Below are positions 1-10,895 of a stretch of 64,000 bases of DNA, in pieces. The stretch is taken from NCBI GenBank assembly GCA_964199315.1, contig OZ116704.1, positions 24,552,001 to 24,616,000 of the forward strand, given 5' to 3'. The stretch's first letter is position 1. Every line of letters starts with the position of its first letter. Under the pieces are notes generated by a model, which was given only the letters and a program-made list of their open reading frames with translations, had not been told where the DNA came from and did not search any database. Source of the DNA: Orbicella franksi (taxonomy: Eukaryota). Position numbers and translations under genes: made by a program.

Positions 1-683
1 TTGGCTCGGAAAGGAAAAGGGGTACGGTCGTGTTGTCGAATAGTTTTGACATTCCTGCCAACGCAGTGTGAGGGAAAAAGCTACAAGGCGCTGAATGTTC
101 GGTTCAGGGGAGTTCAAAACGATCAAGCCGTTGATAAATCCCCTTTCAATCGATGAAATGGCGGGAAGAAGTGAGATTCCCGCCTGCTTGCCCCAGACGT
201 ACGCTGCCATCTTCACCAGAAAATATAAAGCGTGTTCAAGCCCTGCAACGTCGAAGCAACTCCAGTTAAGCAACCATTCGAAGCCTTGAAAGAGGTCGAA
301 AAATGCTAAATGGTCCTTGGCTAAAAACGAAGTGAGTGTAGGTTCATTGCATCACAGTGACTAAGTCTATTGTTGTCATTGTCACCACAACACAAGTGTA
401 GTTTCAAATACTGCCTAACTTAAATTAAGCATTTTTTTGTCTTATCTACTCAAGGTTGTACATCTATTGAATTTTTACCACTTGATAGACTTAAAACTAG
501 TAGTAATCGTAGGTTAAAGAGTGCGTTAGAGTTTTGGTAGGCTTAGTATGTTTACGTTAAAAAAACAAAAATTCTGAGAACAGTATTTTGTGCCTAAGCT
601 GTTAGGTAGACGTAAAATTGGCCTCCCTCCAGCAGGGGCGAAAACAAATGAATTGGCGGAAAAGCAAGTGCATACGAGAAGGT

Positions 684-983
684 TTGCCAGTATAAAACAC
701 GGACTGCAGTCGTTAGGCCGCATTTACTACGTAGTCCGCACTTTATACCCGACTCCGTGTTTTATACCAAGTCCGTGATGCTTAGTCCGCGTTTTATGCC
801 TCACACCGTGTTTTATACCCAGTCCGTAGTCCGCATTCCGGTTTTCCGCCGTCCGCAGTCCGTCGTCCGCCGTCCGCCGTCCGCAGTCCGCAGTCCGCCG
901 TCCGCTGTCCGCCATCCGCCGTCCGCCGTTCGCCGTCTGCAGTCCGCAGTCCGCCGTCCGCAGTCCATGTTTTATACTGACCG
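684..983. mobile_element. MITE with terminal inverted repeats and internal 7-bp (CCGTCCG/CAGTCCG) tandem array
   Basis: CAGTATAAAACACGGACTGC near 688 is the inverted counterpart of CAGTCCATGTTTTATACTG at 961-979; the interior is low-complexity 7-mers, which explains the PSAVRR ORFs. Confidence 0.7.
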
Positions 984-3372
984 GAACCCTATACGATTCT
1001 GGACCGTGTTATTGAACACAAACGTTGCCTGTTCAGTCGGTATGCGGGACGACGTGCTTTTATTACCAAAACTAGGATAATTATTCTGTTTACGAACACG
1101 ACTTTGGATCGCCTTGGCTTCGGGGGAACAGCTATTGAGCATTTTCACTTCCAAAACAATGAAACGGAGGACATGTTGGTGTACCAAAGTAATCCTGTTG
1201 GAGTTGAACTCTTTTCCTATGTAAACACTATCCTTGGGTTTATGCTACATATTTTGTGCATAGAACAGAAATCTAGGCCAGCGAGGTGAAACTACGCATT
1301 CCTCCTTTGATCTATTCAGCAGAAGGCAGCGTTGGTATTGGTCGAAGAGAAGAGGGTACACAACGCGCAGCCAAACTTCAGCTTTCTGAAAGGTCGTATA
1401 TACTTTCGTGAAAACATGGATCTGCAAGGTTTTTAAACGGTATTAAACCCAAATCAAGCTTTAAATAAACAACTTATCCGCTACAGTCCACAACAAGCTG
1501 CCTCGACACTGGAAAGTCCGCAATATAGCACAACACTTGAAAGAGAGCGCATGGACGAACATGGAGATGACGTCATTCGCCCCTGAAAATTTTTTCTTTT
1601 TTGGGGGGGGGGGTGGGGGGGGGGGCAAATTGGTGTCCATAGAAAAATACATTACCCAATTAGAACTGCGTTCTGTCGAAAGCAAATATTTTAAATCGTC
1701 AATTTATTACTAATTTATTACTAAAATATTACTGAACTTGAAAATTTAGTTTGGATTTGACACTATTATTGCTTGGCTTCATCCCTGAAGTAGCAGAGCA
1801 GCTTAGCCTTTTTAGCCTGCAGTTCTGTGGGAATTCTTTCTCCCGGTGTTTAACTGGGAAGTAAAAGTCAGGCTTGATGAAATTAAACATTAATACATAA
1901 TTTTTGAGCAATGATTTAAATCTTAATTGTTTCGAGACCAAACAATATTGTTTGGTTAAACCCCTAAAGCAGCAGAGCAGCTTGGCCTTTAATTTTAGGC
2001 TGCCGTTTTGTGAGAATGCTTTTTTCCAGGTGCTTCATTGGGAAGAAAAAGTCCGGCTGTGGTTCTGTGAGAATTCTTTCATCAGGTGCTTTATTGGGAA
2101 CTATGTTAAAAGCATTTTTACCATGACTGTTTCAAAAAAAAGGATTATTTACTTGGAATAATGAAGTACAGTAGTCATTATTAAATGTGATTTATATGAA
2201 CTGAACAACAGGAAAAATCCAGGGAAGATAAGTGTAACATTAGTCCGTTATATATGTTTTATGCTGTCTGTAAATGTACTTTTCCAACATCAACTCCCAC
2301 AGTTAGTATCCATTAGAAGAAGTGTCCAACACGGGACATCATAATTTATTAGATCGCACTTCCACGTCTCTCTACCTGTTATTGCAGACTGAAGATAGGT
2401 TTGCTTTGCAGTTTTTTTTTTCTTTGCAGCTTTCAGGGCAGTACGACCTGACAGTTGAAGGGGTATCAAATGGTCTTTGCGATTTAAATTGAGCTTAGAA
2501 CTTGAAACGATTTGAGTGGAACTGATGAAGTAAAAATAGGTTTTGGCAATACAATCATTATCGGTTGCGCGTGTTATTTGTCCAGTTGCATGTGTTAAAT
2601 TTACGAAGTTTTCACTGCTCGTCATTAGGCATGGCTGTAAGCTGCTGGGATTGGTTGAACCGGGATTGCGCCTACTGTCCTGTTTTGGGGGAGTCAGCCA
2701 GATTATTTGGCGCAAAACGTTTCCTTTCAATAAAAGAGAGATTCCGACAAAAGGTAAATTTACGAAGTTCTCGCTGCTCGCCATCTGTAATTTTTAACGA
2801 CAAGACAAGTTTGATCCCTGTTCGTGCCCGCATAAAATAAACGCACTGCTCCCATGCTCGCAAATGCTCGCAAAGATCATTTGATACCCCTACTGTAAGA
2901 TATAAATTTAAGCTGGAATGTCAAGCCATAGTCAAACAAACTAACCATTGTTAAATATTGAATGGACATTCCTAAAACTTAGACAAAAAATGAGGGCACA
3001 CCTCCTGAGCATAATTATTTGGCGTGCAGTGAGTTTCACTTTTCTTACCTGCATGTGATGTGCCGTTGAAGACGGTCCAACTGCTGGCTGGAAAAAAACT
3101 TAACTTGGAGACTATGCCTAAGACTTTCACGTATCATCTTGCGTGATTGTTGACCCGCGACTTAATATTTTAATCATTGCTTCCAACTGTTTTCGTGTTT
3201 ACATCTCCCACCTGAATTCCATTTTTAATGGAGTTTCGAAATTCTCTATTGATGGACTGCAACCAATCTCTTGAGAGTGTAATGACGAAAGTCTGGCGGC
3301 TATGTTTGATAATAAAGACAAAACAGGCTTGGTATAAATCTTTTGTTATATGTCATCCGTGTTGGCGGCGGC

Positions 3373-3464
3373 GTTGGTTGGTGAAAAAGAAACATGTAAA
3401 GTGACAGACTTTGGAATGGCCAGAGATGTTTTAACAGGACAACATTTACGAACGAAAATCAAAG
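3373..3464 (+). pseudogene. Copy A exon 14 remnant ([19 protein letters not shown]...), 5'-truncated, +1 frameshift
   Basis: Matches 32891-32981; GATGTTTTAACAG vs GATGTTCAACAG is 1 extra nt; same GC donor (AAAG/GCAAGA). Confidence 0.88.
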
Positions 3465-3609
3465 GCAAGAGACAAAATGAAGAGTCCCAGAGACTTGTCT
3501 CTTCAAATCCCTTCGTGTGAACTGTTCGGGAGACAAGTCTCTGAGAGAAAATGAAAATAATCCAACCGCAGATCAGTATTTATTTTAATTATTTTTCAAA
3601 GTCCGCTTT

Positions 3610-3643
3610 GCTCTGACGAAGAGCTAACGCGAGAAATGTCAGC
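3610..3643 (+). ncRNA. Degenerate minimal hammerhead ribozyme motif (Penelope-like 3' remnant), intron 14 of copy A
   Basis: GCT-CTGACGA-A-GAGC-TAAC-GCGA-GAAA-TGTC-AGC: core boxes and stem I present, stem II mismatched. Confidence 0.55.
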
Positions 3644-4014
3644 TTCATTAAGCCGCTAAGGTGGTTAATTTTACATTTTTTATTGCCCTGGTATATATAT
3701 TTCATTGTTACTCTCATTTTAACAATTTCAGTTTCGTTTTTGGAGAGCAAAAGAGTGAAAAACGATACCTTTTTCCAAGATTTTGAGCTAAGTGTCCCTT
3801 TGCAATCAGTGCCGTCATGTACATACTACAAGGGACCAGTCCCTGCAACCCGTTCCCTCGTGTAAACTCTTCATCACAGGGACTATTCCGGTGGCTTGCA
3901 AAACTTTATAATTATACCGAATAATGGGGTATGTAACGACAAACTCATATATCAAACCACAGTACAGACCTTCTCGTCTGCTTTGTCAGCTAAAAAGTTC
4001 TGTTCTTTCTCTAG

Positions 4015-4093
4015 GGGCGTCTCCCTGTTAAGTGGACTAACGTGATGGAAGCGTTACTTTATGGGACATATTCAACAAATAAAAAAGCGATGT
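4015..4093 (+). pseudogene. Copy A exon 15 (GRLPVKWT...), +8 nt relative to copy B, frameshifted
   Basis: 79 nt vs 71 nt in copy B; CTAG acceptor and GTGAGT donor retained. Confidence 0.88.
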
Positions 4094-4459
4094 GTGAGTA
4101 CATGTACCGTGATTCAACGTTATACATATAAATGTTTTTTATACAATGGCTTATTCCAGGATGACCATATTACTTGACTTGACTTATAATAACAACTTCT
4201 CCTGCTCGTCCATGATAATACAGAAAAGATACACTGCATCAATTAATGTTAACCGATTGGACATGTCTCGGGTTGTCTGAAAGGTGGATAACACTATCCA
4301 GCGGATAAATCACTATTTCCAACATCATTCCTTAGAAGGGCAGTAGTATAATAGCATCCAGGAAACAAGCCGAAGAACTTTCAATGCTATTATTTTTAAG
4401 TAACAAGGTTTATTTTCACAATATCATAACTATTATTTCAACATTTATTTGCCTAACAG

Positions 4460-4500
4460 ATGGAGTTATGGAGTTCTCCTTTACGAGATTTTCACGATAG
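4460..4500 (+). pseudogene. Copy A exon 16 ([14 protein letters not shown])
   Basis: AACAG acceptor, GTAAGC donor; near-identical to 35024-35064. Confidence 0.9.
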
Positions 4501-4845
4501 GTAAGCTAGGTAGCGGCTTGCACCTTCGTAGTTTGTTTACCGTCCCTTTCCATAACATGCGGCTTCTGCTCAATCAACGGTCACGTGCTTCACTATCGAC
4601 AGTTATCTTAGCGGCCCTTTCAGGGCACAGGGGCTAACTCCAATGTTTTCAAAATTCATATCTGTGGGTTGTGAGTGGTAGATTTCGACCCATGTTGTTT
4701 GTTTGTTTTTTTCCAAAGTTGGTAAGTGGTCGTCGTATTTATGATTTACGGCAGCCAAAAACACTATCGTTAGTTAGGGTTTGAACTTGGCGTGTTGTTG
4801 AGAGGCGTGGAAATATACGTAATAAAGGAGGTTACAGTCAATTTA

Positions 4846-5010
4846 GTGGCGTAGCTCTGTTGGGGTTTTGCACTTGGAAGCTAGAGCGTCCGGGTTCAAA
4901 CCGGTTCCTTTCTGGCCCTAGCTGGAGTTTCTTTACCACAGACCCGAGTTCAACTCTTCGACCAAGTTTGTAAGATGGCTAACTGGTCTGCTTCCTCTCA
5001 AATAGCATTC
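4846..5010 (+). mobile_element. tRNA-derived SINE-like repeat (degenerate), also at about 35418-35580
   Basis: A-box-like TGGCGTAGCTCTGTTGG and B-box-like GGTTCAAACC; orthologous copy in intron 16 of copy B; boundaries approximate. Confidence 0.45.
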
Positions 5011-5225
5011 ATAATTTTTTTTTTATATTCTGTTTTCAATATTCGTTTCTAATGTATGTTTCGTTATCCCCGGATGGCCTCTCAAAAAGAGAGGATACTG
5101 CATGATTTTTTTAATAGAAACCATTCTACCTAAATTGCTGCAGAAATAGTTACAATTTTTAGATTGTGTTAGTTTTGGAAGGAGTCGTGGTCTTGATGTC
5201 TTGTCTATAAAATGGTCTCTTCCAG

Positions 5226-5322
5226 GTGGCTCACCATATCCACGGATGGATGGCAGAAAAATTGTACGTTGTCTACAGCAAGGACACAGAATGTCGAAGC
5301 CAAAACACGTGGATGAAAAATT
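5226..5322 (+). pseudogene. Copy A exon 17 ([33 protein letters not shown])
   Basis: TCCAG acceptor, GTAACC donor; homologous to 35791-35887. Confidence 0.9.
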
Positions 5323-5630
5323 GTAACCAGCTCTTCTTTTACCTTTTATGTTAACATTATTGTTGAACGTGAAATTAATTGCAGTAGTTGTTCAGCACCA
5401 CCGCCCCCCGCCTGCTTCTCTCTTTGCCTCTTACCCTTTCCCCTGAAAGAGATGCTAATCCATTTAGGTTTATCCACCCGGCATTTTTTCCCCTTGGTCC
5501 AAAATTTCAACAATACAAAGCCTTAAGGGCCGGAGCCAGGGCTTGAACACAGACCACTAATAATCATCATTAGGCCACTACGCCTCCTAACGGATGTAAC
5601 ATCATGACTTCTTAATTTATTCAATTTTAG

Positions 5631-5730
5631 ATATGGAATAATGACGAAATGTTGGCAAGAAAACCCAGATGAAAGACCAACATTTACTGAATTGAGGATT
5701 GAACTCAAAGAAATGGAAAACCAACACAAG
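5631..5730 (+). pseudogene. Copy A exon 18 ([33 protein letters not shown])
   Basis: TTTTAG acceptor, GTAAGC donor; homologous to 36340-36439. Confidence 0.9.
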
Positions 5731-6219
5731 GTAAGCTCATATGGGATTGATTTTCAATTGTCAAAATTAATTTCAGTTATATTAAAACAGCAATAGGAAT
5801 GTTCATCAGGAGTTATAGTGGCCAGCCCAGACGGCTGCTCTTTGCGTTTGTGGTTTACAACTCGCTTCAGAAACCAAGTGAAATGATTGATCAGAGCTCA
5901 TAGTAAGAATCACGGATAATTTTTGTGGTTAGATCCGCCACTGGAATATACTAAAATCCAACGGGGATGCGAAGCAATTTCGGGTAAAAACTACAAAATT
6001 ACCCAAAAGTACCTCTCATTGAAATTGGATTATATTATACATGATACAAATAAGAAACAATTACTGCCCGACACGTTTGTTGTTATTGGCTAGAGCTTAG
6101 CAAATGAGAAAGAATCAGATACTTATCCACCATACACGTAACTAAGGTGTCGTAAGGTAACACGGACGGTCAAACGTATCAAATGACCGATGACTCTTGT
6201 CATATTTTCTTCTCCCCAG

Positions 6220-6294
6220 AGGTTGATCAACATGGAAATGTATGACGAGCAGTTGCACGCAAACGTTGAAGATTTGGTCATGTGGGAGAACTGA
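6220..6294 (+). pseudogene. Copy A last exon ([24 protein letters not shown])
   Basis: Homologous to 37051-37116; TAG changed to TGG extends the frame by 3 codons. Confidence 0.88.
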
Positions 6295-6908
6295 GGCTCC
6301 TTTTCATAACAACAATGTAAAAGACAGTACTGGCGGACTGTACAGACATTATAACAGTTACTCCCATCACTCATCAGAATTAGTGTTGTGATGATACATT
6401 TTGGCTTTGGAATTTAGATTTTTAGAAGATATGCATTTAGTTTGAAACCGTTTTTTGACACTTACCCAAAATTTCCTCAGTGGAAAAAAATGAGCTTGGT
6501 TGGAATTATTTCACTGAGCTCGCGAAAATTAAAAGATTTGTTTGGTCTTGACATTGATACACGAAAAAGAATCCGGCACTTTGTCAAAACTTCTCCAGGC
6601 GATAGGCTGGTGTCGAAGAACTGTTTGCTCTAGTTAACAAGATTCTTACTCAACTATTTAAAAATTGTTCCGATGTGAATGAACTCCGGAGGAAGTGAGT
6701 GAAATCACGCCTATAGCATTTTTTTTCAAACTTTTATTCAGTAAAACATGTACTGATTATGCAACGCTGTGGTGTACCATGGAACATCCCAAGAGTCAAT
6801 TTCTCTGTTTAAACACAAACCTTTAGGCAAGTGTGCATACCAAGAAAATACAAGTTACAAGGGGAATATTCCACAGTATCCCACGAGAAGGTATTGCATA
6901 ACTACTAG

Positions 6909-7039
6909 ATACCATGCCATAGAAAGTACAGCGACCAACACAGTGCAGCGCGCAATGGGAAGGTCGAGTGTAATATCGTTGAGTATTCAACAGCTTTCCT
7001 GTTTTCCATTGATTGGCTATACTTCCTATGGCACGGTAT
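6909..7039. mobile_element. Palindromic MITE (ATACCATGCCATAG...CTATGGCACGGTAT), orthologous copy at about 38076-38206
   Basis: Inverted termini; same position downstream of copies A and B, so it predates the duplication. Confidence 0.65.
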
Positions 7040-8410
7040 AAAGGATATTTATTTACCACATAAATGGTTTTATGCTCCTTATTAAATTACCTAGTTATTA
7101 TTAGTAATAAATCTGTCCCGGCTTTGGTCAGGTGATCGCAGTTCGACACCTAACAGAAAACCGCCTTTTAACCTCGTGCAGAACAGGTTTTTGTCCTCTT
7201 TTGACCGGAACGCAACGAGTGAGAGTTGGACATGCCTTGTAAAAATAATGGGGCATAAATCATAAATATAAACACAGTTGTGTACTAGATCTTTTGCTGT
7301 ATTTTAGCAGAGTAGAGTAAATATGCTAAACATTTAGAATAGCTGTTAATGTAAACAAAAAGCCTCATTGTTGTGTTTTTTTGAAGTTTTTCCTCGAGTC
7401 AATTTTTACGCTAATTAAAATTTGTGGTTCACAGTCCGTCCTAAACGCGTTCTCTGTTTTAAGTTTTATTTTCAGTCCCTAGTTTTGAGGTAAATTTCGA
7501 TTATTGCATAAGGACAACTTACCTACCGGAGGGTGAGAACATATTCCTGAAACCCATAACTCTCTGGGTTATTGTCTGACTCTTCCCCAGTCGTCTTCAT
7601 ATAGCACACGGCAGCGAGGTAGAGGAGCAGGGGATGATGGAACGGGAGAAGGGGAGAAGACGACTGGGAAATCCTGTTTTCAAAATGGTGGACCGATTAA
7701 TGGCGGAATATAGTGAGATTTCAAACTTGGAAAACAGGCCGTTTCATTGGACTTCATTGGGCGTTTCATAAGCTACTCTGAAATCCGAGGGTAAATAAAG
7801 TGATGTATGTATGTATGTGTGTATGTATGTATGGGCATATTTAGTTAAGAAATTACCTTGTCCTCATGTTCATTGTACAGCTCAGCTTGGTTGAGCATTT
7901 TTTGAGGAAACAGGGCTTGTGCCATCATTTTGTGGACGATAACGTGGAGGACCTGCTGATCAATAATCGAGACCTCGAAATATTAGAAAGTATTAGATGG
8001 AAAATGCTCCCTTACAAAGCCGTTTGAACCATCAAGTCATATGCTGGGTTGGAAAGTAAATAATGTACGAAGGACTTATTTTTCTGCGCTAAATTATCCG
8101 CAAAACTGTCAACGATAACATTTTCTTCTGCGAGGCCAACCAAATGACGCAAACCATGCAGACGTGTGAATATTTTAGATGGTAAAATGATATAAAATCA
8201 CTGTGCGGGAGACCTAGATGAAACGGATGATATTCAGAATAACATGGACAAGACCTCTTGGCAGAAAGGTGTTTTATTTCATGTCAAAGTGTTCGTCAAA
8301 TATGACGTCGGAGCAGGATCTGTTTCCTCGGGCGTCCGCATGCAGTGCAAAGCTATCTTTTGTCTCGCACCTCTGACAAAAAAGGTATCCTAAACTGGTG
8401 CTTTGGGTTC

Positions 8411-8415
<5 letters not shown>

Positions 8416-8474
<59 letters not shown>
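8416..8474. repeat. (TA)n microsatellite, about 30 units
   Basis: Direct read. Confidence 0.95.
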
Positions 8475-8477
<3 letters not shown>

Positions 8478-9594
8478 AGCGAGTTCACTTAAACTTGTAT
8501 AGACTGTAAAAGAAAACTGTGCAGGATGTTATGTGGAAAGAACTGAAAAATTCAGAATCTGGTTCCAAGCAGCAAGTGAATTAAAGAGGAAAGAAAATAT
8601 GGACAAGGACACTTTCTATGCTAAGCCATTGGCAGTAAGAGTTAACTTATCCAGGAGAAACTGGTTAAGCCAAAATGACTTATTGCCAAAACAAAGAGTT
8701 CAGTAATGAAGGTTATGACAAAGCTGAAAAGATCAATATCAGGTGATTTCTTATTATAACCGAACCCCTTGTTTTCTAACAGTATCTGTCTTGAGAAGTG
8801 TAATAGCTTTTACTGCCTCTAAGTTTGAAATGATAATCAGTTATTTTCTTTATACTTTATGCTTTTAATTTTCATCACAAATCTTATGTAAATAAAGATA
8901 GCTTCAACAATTATTTTACATTAAGTTTAAACTGACCGACAAAGAAATATTCTAGGGAAGAGTGTCACAGAGGCTGTACTTGTAAACATGAACCCCAAGC
9001 CTGATTTCTCCCCAGCTCCATCCATCCCAGGGAACAGGGAACCTGTTGCTCTTTGCATTGATAAGTTTATTACTGGCTTCTAGAGAATGATGAACATACA
9101 TTTTCAGTAAATAAAAAAATAAAAAAAAATAAAAAAACCCCACAAGATTGGGTTTTAAATGTTTAACTGACTGCACATTGGCAATAAATAGATAGCTTGC
9201 CAAAAATGGGGCTTGCTTGAATGGTCTTGCAAAGGTAGTGGAGGATGGTAACCTAAGGTTTAAAAAGATCAAATAAGACTCCTCTTAATTATTATTTACC
9301 AGTTCAAAACTGGAGTAAATGTTTATGTGACCACCATTCCCTCTGGTTTTTACATCGCCCCCACCTCTTTTCAACAGAAAAAGTAAACTAAAAGATAAAT
9401 TTCCTGATGATCTAGTACCAGGAATTAATTGAACTCAATATAACAATCCAACCCCATCGACCTTTCAAGTCCCGTCCAAACAGATACAATGTGGTAATGT
9501 ACATGAAGCTAATATCATAATTTATAAAACATAAAATAGCTCATTGCCATTATCAATCGTGTTTTGTTCCTCTTCTGCGATTTTTTTCACCTTC

Positions 9595-9742
9595 TGTAAT
9601 GGACTTTAAGGTTTAAATAACAAGGACGACAGCTTTGTAAAGGCTCTGTAATTCCTGGCTCAACAGGTCAACACAATTTAACTCGTGGTCGATGCTGACT
9701 AAAGCGCTGGGCGACCAGGCCGTATTACATAATATCGTTACA
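9595..9742 (-). repeat. 3' LTR (148 bp, TGTAA...TTACA)
   Basis: Identical by eye to 14132-14279. Confidence 0.97.
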
Positions 9743-9755
9743 TCCTCCTCTTTCT
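9743..9755 (-). other. Polypurine tract (AGAAAGAGGAGGA on the minus strand)
   Basis: Directly abuts the 3' LTR. Confidence 0.85.
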
Positions 9756-9935
9756 TAAATACAGCATGACACAAACTCCAAGTGGCAACAAATAAAACAA
9801 TATCACGATTAAGTCTGTAAAATAAAGAATGAAAGATGTCCACAAAGGCAAATTTAAATGCCCTGCACAAAGTCCATCCTAACATAGTTCAAATGGGAAA
9901 CACAACAAAGTTACAGTTCTGCTTGACTGCACCCC

Positions 9936-10895
9936 TCAGGGTGGGCAGTAGTCTTTGAAACGGATTGGGGTCCTAATTAAACGCCCTCTGGTGGATCTTC
10001 TTTCAGGTGGCTGTGGGATCTCTGGCGGCCTTTGAGGGGTCCCTGGTCGCTCTGGAGTTGTGTGGGCAGGTAAAGGCGTGCCTGGCTGAACTGGGTCAAT
10101 GACTCTCTGGGACTGGTCGTCCGACGGGAGTGGCTCATCTGGTTCCTCTACGTGGCTATCGATTGCAGGACTCTCTTGTGTCGCTATCAAATCCTTTCTG
10201 TTTCTCCTGTATCTCTTCCCTTCGATGACTACTTCATAGGATCTTGGCGCAACTTCCTGGAGACATGTTGCTTTCTTCCACAGCTTTGTTCGATCTTTTG
10301 GATCTGGCTTCATTCTTACTATATCTCCAGGTTTGAGCTCTTTTAGTAGTTTGGCCCCTCTGTTGTAGTAATGTGCTTGTTTCTGCCTTTTCTTTGTTAT
10401 GAGTTTCTTGACAGGCTTTGGAAGTTTGGGTTTCAATAATCTTGCTGAAGTTGGGAGGAGAGTCCTGGTTCTCCTTCCCATCAGCCTCTGTACTGGGGAG
10501 GAATCGAGCCCTTCGGTTGGAGTGTTCCTCCAGTCGAGAAGAGCCAGGTAGGGATCTTTGTGGTCTAGCTTTGCTTTCTTGAGGATTCGTTTGGCCGTGT
10601 TAACTGCATTCTCGACTTTGCCGTTTGATCGAGCATGGTATGGAGAGGAAGTGATATGCTCGAAGTCCCATTCTCGAGAAAATGTTTTGAAATCTGATGA
10701 GGAGAATTGAGAACCATTATCACTTCTGACTGTGTTGGGGATGCCGTGCCTGGCAAACTGCGATTTCAGACTTGTAATTACTGACGAAGCTCTCGTATCG
10801 GACAGGGCTCGTAACTCAAAGAAGTTGGAGTAGTCATCCACTATAATGACATACTCTGTCTTATCCAGTGTAAACAGATCCACCGCAACCTTTGA
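9936..10895 (-). CDS. Integrase core and C-terminal part of pol (in frame with the upstream ORF, after a TGA)
   Basis: DDE motifs IIVDDYSNF / VRSDNGSQF / NGKVENAV; same frame as 10896-14027. Confidence 0.93.
   Translation of the reverse strand, partial: SKVAVDLFTLDKTEYVIIVDDYSNFFELRALSDTRASSVITSLKSQFARHGIPNTVRSDNGSQFSSSDFKTFSREWDFEHITSSPYHARSNGKVENAVNTAKRILKKAKLDHKDPYLALLDWRNTPTEGLDSSPVQRLMGRRTRTLLPTSARLLKPKLPKPVKKLITKKRQKQAHYYNRGAKLLKELKPGDIVRMKPDPKDRTKLWKKATCLQEVAPRSYEVVIEGKRYRRNRKDLIATQESPAIDSHVEEPDEPLPSDDQSQRVIDPVQPGTPLPAHTTPERPGTPQRPPEIPQPPERRSTRGRLIRTPIRFKDYCPP

Larger units (their letters stand above)
3373..6294 (+). pseudogene. RTK copy A: 3' kinase fragment (exons 14-19 homologues), pseudogene
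   Basis: Exons and introns are colinear with 32870-37116; the HRDLAARN part of exon 14 is missing; frameshifts in the exon 14 and 15 homologues. Confidence 0.9.

Noticed and set aside
1-350. Stop-riddled coding-like sequence at the window start
   Set aside because: Probably a decayed retroelement, but I could not recognise a diagnostic motif in any frame.
757-1080. 107-aa ORF rich in PSAVRR repeats and its antisense twin
   Set aside because: It is the translation of a 7-bp tandem array inside a MITE; there is no other coding signal.
1602-1626. Poly-G tract (and poly-C at 49424-49439) as G-quadruplex elements
   Set aside because: Simple homopolymers in repeat or intron context, with no conservation between paralogs to suggest function.
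2290-2790. 164-aa minus-strand ORF with SSENFVNL twice
   Set aside because: Explained by a 30-bp direct repeat (about 2597 and 2757) in repeat-like DNA; no domain, splice or paralog support.
3430-4093. Indels in copy A sum to +9, suggesting compensating frameshifts
   Set aside because: The shifted frame hits TAA at 4029-4031, and the catalytic loop is missing anyway.
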